DNA of 54,008 nt, the filler included, from Sphacelaria rigidula (lineage: Eukaryota), in the NCBI GenBank assembly GCA_964200075.2. It is 5 parts of 5 records of this genome, joined end to end, with 100 filler letters (N's around TTAATTAATTAA, not from the genome) between each part and the next. Parts side by side here need not be neighbours in the genome. Positions count along the whole stretch, not along the records: positions 21,646 to 32,367 come from CAXNAA020006027.1; positions 32,468 to 43,188 come from CAXNAA020006028.1; 3 more parts are not named here. One strand, given 5' to 3'. Positions 24,519 through 36,000 of the stretch are shown here, piece by piece. The number at the start of each line of letters is the position of its first letter. Position 1 is the first letter of the stretch. The notes under the pieces were generated by a model, which was given only the letters and a program-made list of their open reading frames with translations, ran no database searches and was not told the origin of the DNA. The position numbers were made by a program, and so were the translations under genes.

Positions 24519-26130
24519 TCAATTCCGTTTCCCCTTCCTGTTATTTTTGGATTTCGGAACTGGTCGTGAGCACTCTGCTAACCCACTATGATGTCGGTAC
24601 TCATCGATGAGATATTTACGTTGTGGTGCTTCATCGCCTCGGTAGGTTAGGTCGGCTGCTGGGCCGTAGCCTGTGAGTCTCAACCGATAGTTATAGTTAT
24701 GATGACTTCCCCGACCTGGTCCTGGAGCGTGGCATGCCACTTTTTTCACCACGTAACGCTCTGTTTTAGGTGACGTTTCGTTTAGTTTATCTATCTCTGG
24801 TAGAGGTATCCGTTTGCCTAGAAACAGCTCGCTCAATTTATCGAAATCTGGTGCTGGCGGTGTCTCTTTAGGGTGATATTTCTTCAAGTGATCAAGATGT
24901 ACTGACACTTCTCCAGTGTTGTCGCCTACTTTGATTCCGTAAACAACCGGCAATCACCTCTCGATTATCGTGAAAGGTCCTTTCCATGATAATTTAATTT
25001 TCGGATTCGGGCCTGCTGAGTCCTGGTACGGTCGGTACAGGACACTGGGAACGACTGCAATTTGTAATGTGTTGTTCTCGTTTTCTTGCTCATTCGCTCT
25101 TTCTCGTTGAGCTTGTCTCGCAAGTTCAAATTCCAACTGTAAGTTTTCCCGTGTTTCTTTGGAAATCTCTTCGGGTGTTGCTGCGTGGCTTTCCTCAGGG
25201 ATGCCGGGGATTGGTATTCTGGGCTGTCTTTTGAACAATGAAAAGTACGGTGTCTCATGCACTGTATTGTGATAAGACGTGTAGTACGCCATTTGTATGA
25301 ACGGAAGCGTAGACGCCGAATTTTAGTTTCCAACTGACCTATGCATAGCTAACATCGCGTGCATGGTTGAGTGAACTAGTTCCGACACTGAGTCACCTTG
25401 CGGGTGTAACGATGTCGTGCGAGTTTTATTGAAACCCAGCTCTTGTTGCAGCGCGTATATTAGCATGCTTTCGAATTCGGCTCCTTGGTCGGAATACAGT
25501 TTCCCCGGAATGCCAAATGTAGTAGACACTCTATGAGAATTTTGGCTACTGACGTGGCCTATTTAATCGGCACCGGAATGAGCCAAGCATACCTTGTGAG
25601 GTGGTCCATTATGGACAGTACATATTTACATAGTACTCCAGCGTTTGGCATCGAAGCTGTTTTGTTTCGACCAGGTCTACCGAAACTCGTATGGCCGTTC
25701 TACCGGAACGCGTCCCATCGGCAATTTTGGTCGTTTGTGGGTCGTTTTTCGGCGGTAACAACCTTGACATTTACACACCAATCCTTGATATCGGGGTTCA
25801 TTGACGGCGGCCGGGTCTTGTCGTAAGTTTGCTCGAAACCTAAGTGGCCTCCGGACAGTGCATGGTCGTGATATGAGTGTAGCACAAAGCCCACCAAGGT
25901 CTTCGGCAGCACAGGTTGGTCACTGACTGTGCTTCGTTTGTTCAACTGTCCAGGCAGATACGATTTGAATAGCACCCCGTATTGAACTGAGAAGTATGAT
26001 ATGGATGTGATCGATTATTTCTTTGATATCGGAGCGTCTTATTCCGTAATATTGGATGTAGGGTCCGTACGTTAGTGCTTGCTCTTTTTGCAATTTTTCA
26101 GGGTCGACTGACATGAAGACATTCGCGGCG
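24519..26130 (-). mobile_element. Ty3/Gypsy integrase plus chromodomain remnant (second family)
   Basis: HSYHDHALSGGHLG; FGIPGKLYSDQGAEFES; HPQGDSVSELVH; SWKGPFTII; chromo-like YVVKKVACH...NYNYRLRLTGYGPAADLTY. Multiple stops and frameshifts. Confidence 0.88.
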
Positions 26131-28260
26131 CTTACGTGTACTGATTTTACGGTGAACAGCTCTCTGTCACGATGTACTGGTTTTGAATTGTCGAGCTTCT
26201 CAACTGATATTTGAAACTGGTGTTGTAGTTAAGCTGTTTGCAGCGTGGGGTCTTCTGGTTCCAATTTTACAAAGTGAAGTTGGTTTCTGCTGCGGGTTAA
26301 AACACGACTCACCGTTTTTTTTACCTGATTCTTGCTACCCTGTTCTTGCGATTTCATTTGGGGGGGGGGGATAACTTCGTCAAACAGACACCAAACGCAT
26401 CCTACTCCAAGGGGCACCCGGACACACAGCAGCTGCTGCTGCCTACTCAGTATCATCCTCCAAATCGAAGTCTTAGAGAGAACGCTCAGCGTTTGGTGCC
26501 CATGTACAAGGAAGGATGATCATCTGTAAAAGTATCATGCTCCAAAACGTACCGGACAAGGGGGCAACACCCTCGTATAGGCAGTAGCAATGCCAGGGCA
26601 TCCTACGTCCTGACAGTCTGTGATAGCCTGGTAGCCGGCAAGGTAGTGTCCTTCTAGCGATGTCAACTTACAGTGCACTGGAGCAGAGTTTGCAGGTGAA
26701 TATTTCGGCAATTGCCTCAAGTGCAGCTCGCCCAGATGTTGCGGATTTTTTCTCGATATCACATACATGTACAGGTGGAGATATACCAGACCCTCCGTCA
26801 CTTTTTAGGTCGAGATTAACCAGACCCTGCATGATATATGGAAATGTACCCAACCGTGGACAAAAGATTTTTACAGTCAGTACGAGGACGTTGTTGAAAG
26901 TTCACTGCGCAAAGTCAGTGTGTTGCCGTCCCCTCTACTCTGGACGCCGGTCTCCACCTTTCGGTATATATGGCACACCAGCCGCGGCTGTGCTACCATA
27001 CAGCTTCGCCCAAGATACAGGCAGCCGTGACAGCGATGGGGGCGGCCTTTGACTCCTGCGTGCGCCACCTGGGGCAAACGCACGCTGTAGCTGCAACATG
27101 GTGTAGCTGCAACATGGACAGCTTTACACAATGTGACGTAGCAAAATAGCGCGTAGCGAGGCGTGATATCCTGCGTACACGTTGGCCGCGATTCAACCCA
27201 CTGCGTTCATGATGTGGCGCATTGCATAGGACAACGCGAAATCAATGCAGGACAGGGATAGGCTAAGGATTTCACGTTCTGCGGTGTGCTCTGTCACCCT
27301 GCACCCTGCCGCTGTGCAGTGAGCAGGTAGTACCGCCGAACGCGTCACGCTGCGGTTCGTATGCAGTGTCGGCTCAGCACCCATAGGGTATAACCTCTGC
27401 ATCAAATTCAATATAACACATTGAACTAAATTATGCGCGCGGAGCTCGTTATTTTCGAGCAGCACGCGCGCTAGCGCGATTTTCCGTGTTGTCGATATCG
27501 TGCCGGCGTGCTTGTGCACTACAGCGCTGTACTCTCCTGTGGCAACCCGTCATGGTATTGCTCCTCATATTTCATCACGCTTTATTCGAAAGCACGCAGA
27601 AGAGATGCCAGCGAGTCCATCATTTTTGCACTTGAAGGTGTGGTGAACCAGTTTTTTTTCGATCTTCCGTAGTACTCCCGCATGCTGCGTGTTGTACCGA
27701 ATAGTATACCGCACCAGTTCAAAAACGGATATGCATGATATAAACGCCACCGACGTGCTCCGGTGATCATGAACTGTGTACGAGGCGCGCGAAGCGTAGT
27801 TTTTGTCAAGGAATGCACGGACGCAACCATACTGCAGTACAGGCATTTTTTATGATTAGCATGGAACACGTGATTCGAACGAGACACAAGACAAAGCATG
27901 TACACTATAATACCTGGGCGTTTTGGTACTGAAACGAGTCCACCGGTCCCTGCACTACCTACCTTACGGAGATACATACCACATGTAAATTTCAATTTTT
28001 GAATTGGTTGTTGTCTCAGGCTATTCCAGGTTCGGCATTAGATTACTGTGACAAAAAACACTCTCGTTTTTTTCGGAATACTTTTCAAAAACGAGCAGAA
28101 ATTTTTGAAAAACTGCTCGAACCATGACGCCATTATATAGAGTACAGGCCAGTACACTCAAAACAAGATACTTTTGCCGTAGTGTATGGAGAACAGAATA
28201 CTACCCTCGACACAAGACAACATGGCAGTTCTGCAGTGTTTTTTTTAGTCTTGGAACCTG

Positions 28261-28849
28261 GTTACGTGCGCGGATTGACGGGCTGTATTCAGATTCAAAA
28301 ACTTCGAACCGAGATCTGCACGCACGTTCAGAAATGCTGGGGCTGTGGAAGTGGTCGTTAGTCCAAGCAGACGGTAAGACTGCGAGTCCCTGTGGTTACG
28401 TGCGCGGATTGACGGGCTGTATTCAGAGTAAAACATTTCGAACCCAGGTCTGCACGCACGTTGAGAAATGGGGCAACAACATAGCCCAACACGTGCACAC
28501 CCAGCCCTGAAAAATTACGCAGACACCCACCACTCACGCACATTGTCGAAGCGATACCTCAACATCCACACACGACAGCTTCTCTTTGACGGAAATCCGT
28601 TCAGTATTCGATCAAAGGCGGCGCGCGCGTGCAACAAATAACGGTAAAACTGCGAGTCCCTCCTGTTACGTGCGCGGATTGACGGGCTGTATTCAGATTC
28701 AAAAACTTCGAACCGAGATCTGCACGCACGTTCAGAAATGCTGGGGCTGTGGAAGTGGTCGTTAGTCCAAGCAGACGGTAAGACTGCGAGTCCCTGTGGT
28801 TACGTGCGCGGATTGACGGGCTGTATTCAGAGTAAAACATTTCGAACCC
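28261..28849. repeat. Near-exact 185-bp direct duplication (28261-28445 and 28665-28849), each copy containing two gttacgtgcgcggattgacgggctgtattcaga units
   Basis: Identical sequence at a 404-bp offset; four copies of the ~33-bp core. Confidence 0.92.
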
Positions 28850-29019
28850 GATATCCACGCCCCAGGTGGATTTCCATCAATAAAAAGATACGGATATCGC
28901 CGATGGACGTCCAACTCCCAGATGGATTCCCAGCGACGGAGGTCCATATCCCAGGTAGAGGTTACACTATAACAACAGCCGCCGCGCCCCGGTGGTGTAA
29001 TGGTCCGACTGTCGCCATT

Positions 29020-29790
29020 GTAGGGTGGGATCAAAGTGCTACACACAAATTGAAATGACCACGTGTGTGCAGCTATGTCTTTGTACTTCACCTCGCTGTA
29101 GTCGGGTGCTGTAATGAGAGACAACATGGAAGGTGGACGGTTTGTGAGTCCAGCCTACGCCAATGCTTACATAAAACGGTCAGGAGAGAGGGCTTTCCGC
29201 TGTTTTTATCCCGTTTATTTTAAGCATCGTTATTGGCTCCATTATCGCCCGTAATGCGTACACCAGACCATACGCCGAATGCGGTTGGTGTGACATGCAC
29301 ACAAATTGAAATGATCACGTGTGTGTAGCTATGCCTTTGTCCCTCAACTAGCTGTAGTCGGGTGCTGCGATGAAAGAGAACATGCAAGGTGGAGATGTGT
29401 GGGAGGTGAGCCGATTTTCAGACAATTCTACAGAGTCGTATCACTACTCTCTGAAAACGTTGGAAAGTGTTGCCCATGGTCGCCCCCCGAGCAGCAAATA
29501 TTTTGGCTTGTGCGGTGCTAGAATTCTACCGAACTAAGTCAACTAATCAAGTTAGTTGATATAATTGACGTGTTGTTGATTAATCGCGCACACATATTTC
29601 AACTGAAATTGATGACGATTCAACGGATGAGCTACTGTCGCCACCATGGTTATCAGCTGTGCTGTCCGTACTGCTGCGTGCCGTCTTATGGTCTGCTCCA
29701 CAGTAGAGTGGGATCAACGTGCTGCACACAAATTGAAATGATCACGTGTGTGTAGCTATATCTTTGTACCTCAGCTCGCTGTGCGATGCG
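29020..29790. repeat. Three diverged ~90-bp direct repeats
   Basis: acacaaattgaaatga(t)cacgtgtgtg.agctat..ctttgt occurs near 29043, 29299 and 29727. Confidence 0.8.
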
Positions 29791-30120
29791 CGAAAGAATT
29801 GTCATCGTCAATCTATGGCCCACACTTTATTCCCGTCCCTTTTTCTGCTTGTATGTCGTTCTTGCTTTTCTTCACTGACGGCGTCTGTCTCTTCTATCCC
29901 TTTTCCGTTCCATTCTATTCCAATGTAAGAAATGATGGGAAAATTGGAAGTGTGATGCGAAGCAGAGCGATCTATAACAAAATAAGTTACGGGCACACCT
30001 TCATTTTAGAGTAAAAGGGCCCAGCCGAGACCACTCCGGTTTCACCGCCGAAATCCGAGACGGCAACGTCACAAATCCCGAAATGAATTGAAATTGGAAG
30101 CGCCCTGGACACAAGGCAAT

Positions 30121-30690
30121 CTATACGCTGCGACATATTGGTGTAAGCACCGGCTCGATCTCAGCCTCTTGTCGCTTCTCGAAAGCGAATAGTGGTGAGA
30201 TGGTGTCCGGAATAACATGAAGTGTTCCTGGTTTGTGTCTGACCGTCAAATCATACGATTGCAATGCGATCGCCCAACGGGTCAGCATGCTGCTCGTGTC
30301 TTGTATTGGATATATATATCGAAGAACGGCATGATCAATTACACACGTAAAGTAATGGCCCCACAAAAATGGTCTGAAATGCTAAGTGGCCAGTTTCACC
30401 GCATGACATTATTTTATGGTTGGTGAGTAGCGAGGTTAAGCGTCGTTGAAACGTTGACTAAAGTATGCTACGATTTCGTCGCCGTCGCCCTTCTTCCGGG
30501 AGAGGTACGCTCCCGCGCCTCGGTCTGATGTATGGACATTTATCGTCTTTAGTATGTCTTGAGTGAAATCTGGAAAATGAAGGACGGGTGCCTCGGTCAT
30601 TAATTGTTGAAAACTTTTGAAGGCTTCGTCATGTTCGGTATTCCGAATTTTTTACACTTGTTTCGCCGCTTCTTTCTCTGTAAGATTCAC
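30121..30690 (-). mobile_element. Ty3/Gypsy RNase H remnant
   Basis: WGHYFTCVIDHAVLRYIY...MLTRWAIALQSYDLTVRHKPGTLHVIPDTIS; upstream TEAPVLHFPDF. Confidence 0.85.
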
Positions 30691-30906
30691 CATATCTAAA
30701 TATCCAGGTGCAACATCTCAACTAGATGTGACCGGATGAGCTTTACCGGTTCAGCTCTTGCGCCGAACTGGACGTCTCAGATACCGATCCGAGGTGAACG
30801 TCCTTGATGGATATCAATGACGGAGCTTGCACGGTCACACAAGACCATGAAGTTCTCACGCTGCCCCTTCACCGCTTTCTGATTGCACCTACCGCACGAC
30901 TGCCAG

Positions 30907-31008
30907 GTTTGTTGTACAAAGATTGCAAGGAGTTTGATTCCTCTCTCGCCCGAGGCCCTTTTTCGTTCAAGCTTGGCGGAGGGCAGGTCATCAAGGGGTG
31001 GGATTCTG
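30907..31008 (+). CDS. Internal exon of an FKBP-type peptidyl-prolyl isomerase
   Basis: cag|...|gtgagt boundaries; 102 nt, phase 1-1; encodes [35 protein letters not shown] (FDSS and [12 protein letters not shown] signature). No other exons were found in this piece. Confidence 0.85.
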
Positions 31009-31681
31009 GTGAGTAATCGTGTCCACTGGTGGCGTTGACGGCTGTTGCCGATTCGTTGCCCGAATGATCAAGGAAGGTTCTGTACAGCAACGTACAAGTG
31101 CGACTCTGGCCAATGTACGCAGTACGCATCGGACGACGTATCTTGAATGCTTCCATCACATGGAGGCTAGTATAGCCACCGTGCTCGTACTTCCAAAGTT
31201 TTTGTTTTTTTGTCGAGGATCAGGGTGAAAAGTTGAAGAAAAAAGGTATACTTCGGAAAGCACGCGGGGTGCCTGAAGTGCTAAAATAGCACGAATGAAT
31301 GAAGGAAAGACCGGCGTCCTCCTCCCCCCGTATGATTCGACTTTAAAGGAACCAAATTAAAAAACATGGATCATACAGGGAATCGAGCACGCGTTTGCAC
31401 GAAAACCAGTGGCAAAAAAGCAAAATCCCAGGTTTGGTTTGGTCTTTACTCTCACGGCAAGTAAAGAGCGGAATGAAACCAAACGTTGTGACGGTGGTTT
31501 ATCGCACTCTCGAGAGAGGGACGTCTGAACGACGGGGCCTCTACGCCTTTGCATCACTGATGAGGCTACAGGCACAAAGTAGACTCCTCTTCTGTTGAAA
31601 CGTGCAATGTCCTAGGATTAAGCCCCATGTCAAGTAATTCCTACAGGCTGGTTGACGGTGATCACCCGAAAAACACTTCAT

Positions 31682-32367
31682 CGGCAAAACTTCACGCCGT
31701 TTTAAGGAGTTAAGACCCTGAAATTTTGCACAAATGTTCTATGGGTACTTACGCAACTTTCGATGATCGAGGTTTTTTTACTTTTAGATTTTTTTCACCG
31801 TTTTTCGGGGGTCCCAGTTTTGGGGGGGAAACCTCGACCCAATCAGACCCCCGTAAAACGGTAACAATGAAAAAAATAAAAAATAAACTCGTCCATCCAA
31901 AGTTGTGTAATGTCCCAAAGCACAGTTGTGCAAAATTTCAGGGTCCAACTCCTTGAAACGGCGTGAGGTTTTTGGCCTTTGTGCGATGAAGTTCGCCGTA
32001 CCGCGGTGAAACCGCAAAGTACTTGATTTTAGTACCAAAATGGCGTTTTTGAGCCTTCTTCGACGTGAACATGGAAATTCAAGCATCAGTTGATCGAGTT
32101 GTGCGACGAAAATTTGTGGAGCCCATCCTTGGGTTGTGCAAAGACAGGTAGTTTGCGAAAAAATGAAAAAAAATATCGTAGTGCCATTTTTCTGGGGTCC
32201 CAAAATGGAGACTACTCCGAAAAACGACTTCGATCCCGTCGGACCCCGAAAAACGGTGAAAAACTCAAGAAGTACAAAATGCATCGTCCATAGAAAGTTG
32301 CGTAATGATACATAGCATATTTATGCGAAGTTTCAGGATCTAACTCCTAATGACAGCGTGAAAGTTT
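31682..32367. mobile_element. MITE-like element(s) with ~90-bp inverted repeats
   Basis: cttcacgccgttttaaggagtt..accctgaaattttgcacaa (~31690) is inverted at ttgtgcaaaatttcagggtccaactccttgaaacggcgtgagg (~31926-31970). A third diverged copy sits at 32285-32367. Confidence 0.7.
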
Positions 32368-32467
32368 NNNNNNNNNNNNNNNNNNNNNNNNNNNNNNNNN
32401 NNNNNNNNNNNTTAATTAATTAANNNNNNNNNNNNNNNNNNNNNNNNNNNNNNNNNNNNNNNNNNNN
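32368..32467. other. Artificial contig spacer
   Basis: N44-TTAATTAATTAA-N44. Confidence 0.97.
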
Positions 32468-33080
32468 CCATCGTGTGGAGTTGAGGTGGGGGGGGGGGGG
32501 GGCGTACTCATTCGTTGCTTGCCTTACTCGTTCGACTATAGACGACACACCCCTTTCGAAACGGAGCCATTCTTGTTGAGGAGGGGGGGAGGGTTGCCAT
32601 GTATGCACATTTCCCATGAAACTCCGATCGAGAAAGCTCTCTCCGGTGCTATTCCAAGAGAACTTTCCCGTCGCCATGTATGCTCCCCAAGGACCGGTGC
32701 CAGTTGTCGTACTCTTCTCCCCCCTTCAGGTTCTCTCTAGTCAATCAGTCAGTCACCTGGTTTGCCGTTGAGTGTTCACCACAGTACTGTTGTAATACTT
32801 CCCGTGTTTTGAGGGGAAAACGTCCGCATCTTGATGTATTTCGGAAAGGGTAAAGGGGTTTCGAAGCAGGCTCGCGGTACTCAGGCATTGTTGTTATCAA
32901 TACGGACTCGAAAGCACCCCCTGCCGGACCTCTACCCCGCCTTCCGCGGTATAAATTTGTCTAACGAGACGTATGTTAAGGCAACCCTTGACTAGCGACG
33001 ACTACAGCGCAGTTTCACCGCATTGATGCACAACCCTGCTCTGAACAAATTACAACACCGAACGGGAAAAAACTGTGCAG

Positions 33081-36000
33081 GCATGCGCGGGGACTTCCTG
33101 GGTCAGGCGTCTGTGGCCTGGAACGATCTCGAGATCGGGCGCGAGTTGAATCTCGCTCTTGTCCGGCGCGAGGGAATCCAGAGTGGATCTGTGACGGGGA
33201 CAATCAAGCTACTCGTGGGAGAGCCCTTGGTTGAGGCGGTCCGGGAAGAACAGAAGATCGTCTCCGAGGCCTCGGCGTCGATTACGGGAGCCGCCGGGGC
33301 TACAGGTATCGCTGGAGGGTATGAGCACGTCACCCATGGTGTGCCTGCCGAACACAAGGAGGTGAGTGAATAGCCTCGTGATATCTATTTTTCCAGATCA
33401 GCGGGTGTTCAGGTCTGCTTTCAGGTCACAAAACAGCCTCTCTTCCTCCTTCCCCCACCTCCCAACATCACCAATCTGACACACACCCACGGCTACCGCC
33501 CGCCTGCCGCGCTCTGCTNNNNNNNNNNGGGGGGGACGCCGGGAAAAAATCGAGATGTGGCAAGGGGCCCCTGCGGCCGGGAAAATGGTTTCACCCCCCC
33601 CCCCCCCCCCCACCCCTCGTCCTTGGTTCGGCGAAACCCGACGTGCTCCGTCTCCGCTCCGTGGGGATGCGAGGCTATTGGTCATAAGACTATGGCATGC
33701 GATATCGTGAGTAAACCCCCCGCGCCCCCTGCTCCCGGCTTTTGTTCTTCAATCAAAGTTGTGCATATTCTTATTTTTTGTTCCTCGTTCACATGCTGGA
33801 AAGCAAAGTCAAGTGTTTTTGTTTGCGAGTGTGTGTGTCTTGGTTCAACTATCATTGTTGAGTTTGTTCAAGTCTGTTTTTTTTTCGCTTACAAATATCG
33901 ATCTTAGGTTGACGGCAACAGGTCGAACCAATCGATGGAATTTGCGGCGCTGCAGATTATTTCGGATATCTCTCAGTATAGGCGTGAAGGTTGCGGTTTC
34001 AGTTCACGTAAATGGTTGAGAACGGGGCGATTCAAAAGCACAGAAAAAGTTTTTCAAGCACGTTCTCAGATATTGACTACAGAGAAGCGCACAGCCGCTG
34101 TGAGGTTCGTGCTTTAATGTTGTTTCTCCTCAACTGTCGTGCGTACCCCGGGCAGACGTCAACCTTAATGCCCGATCCATTCAATCCTGTAGATTACTTA
34201 ACCATTCGTGGGCTCCCGTCGTTTCAGCAAACGCTGACTTTTCAAAAAGTCAACGCTTCATGCGGAGAGCTTGTCACGCTCACGCAGTCGCGACCCTAAA
34301 AACTGTTATTTTTCATGTTTCATTTTTTCCACCCCTCTGGTATGTTTTTTTTTTAATCTTGCGCCACCACAAGGTATCGTTGATGATCCTGTCAGCCACG
34401 GACCTCGCGAAGAAGGACGTGTTAGGTTCGTCGGATCCTTTCGCCATCGTGTACGTGAACGGGTGGGAGATCGGCCGCACGCGGACCCTGTTCAAGACCC
34501 AGAGTCCCGTGTGGAGCGATCCCGTGGAGGTTTTTCCGTTGCGCGTGGCTGGTGGCAAAGAGCGCTGCAGCGTTGTGGTGCAGTTGTGGGACGAAGATCT
34601 CGGTGAGTAGATGAGAGGATTCATCGGCGAAGGGGGAATTGTACTTGGGATGGGTTCATCGATTGCTTGGTTGATCGTGTGAAGAAGGAAGTAGATTCAC
34701 ATCATTGCCCCTGTGGCAAAACAATAAAGAGTAGAATTCATACATTGGGACATTGTGAACTATACACGGAGAAAAATTGGGACATGTTGGAGGGGAAAAT
34801 ATCGGGAGAGGTGGTATAAAATCGTTTGGTATATTTGACAGTGGCGATATAACGATCGCTCTACTCGGAGATGGATGGTGGCCACAGACGGCGAAACAGG
34901 AAAGGAAAAAGATATTCAAAGGCTTTTGTGCAATCTATGGAAGGAAGAGCGCCTTACCACCGAGAGGCTAGAGATGTCCCCATTAGGATTAGAAACGATG
35001 CTCCATCTCAACAGGGGTGTGCGGTCAAATGGTCCAATTGCTAACGCACAACGAATGCAATGCGTCCCCCCCCCCCCCTACGGAAAAAACATGTGTGCAG
35101 GGATGCGTGGGGATTTCTTGGGCCAGGCAACCGTCGAGTGGGATGAGCTCGAGCCCGGACGTGATCTGAACCTCAAGCTGATGAAGCCAGGCAGGCTAAC
35201 CCAAGGCGTCCCGGTGAAGGGGACTATCAAGCTTCGCGTGGGAGAGCCGACTAAAGAAGCCGTCGAGACAGAGCAAGGGCGTGCGGGAAGCTCGTTGACG
35301 ATGGCTCCTGTCGAGCAGAAGAAGGTGAAATATACAACAGTAGCCGCACCTGTATACATTTATGGGCTGGGATGTTGACTAATGCTGTTGTTGCTCTGGA
35401 AAGTGAAACGCGATGTGATCCGAAGAAATGCCTCTGGCTACCCGTCTTTTTAGCGGCCCGCGTTTGTTCCATGTATTCGATCGACGAAGGGGTTGTCGCT
35501 CAGATGTATGATCTTGTCAGAGTCAGATGTCCATCTTCGAGTGCTCTGAAGGACAGGTCGAGAGGTGCAGTTGGCTGTTGGCGGCAATGTCACGCAGATA
35601 ATCACTGAACGATTTTTTGCCGCACCGTGCAAGAAGAATCTGTCGTAATGCTACCTGCGGTGCAAGAAGAAATGATTTTGCTGCTGCGGTGAACTGCGGG
35701 GTGGAAGAGTACATATTGTACCCGTCTGTCTTTCCCTACGAATGCTGCAGAAAGACGAGGTAAAAGTAGCTCGAAACTCTGATTCACTCCCATTTTGTCT
35801 CACGGGTATATATTTTTCGCGTTGCTCATGTGCTGCTCCAGGTATGCTTGACGATACGATCTGCCAAGGGACTCGTCAAGGCCGATCTGATCGGCTCGTC
35901 GGACCCGTACGCGGTGGTGCTCGTGAACCGCCGCGAAATCGGTCGCACGCGTACCCTGTACAGGACTCGGAACCCGGTGTGGAGCGATCCCGCGGAGAAT

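Noticed and set aside
26535..27995. Possible gene or transposase in several 60-137 aa ORFs
   Set aside because: No recognisable motifs or consistent exon chain.
28261..28849. CRISPR-like array (33-bp repeats with spacers)
   Set aside because: The spacers are 100-240 bp and themselves duplicated, the context is eukaryotic, and there are no cas genes.
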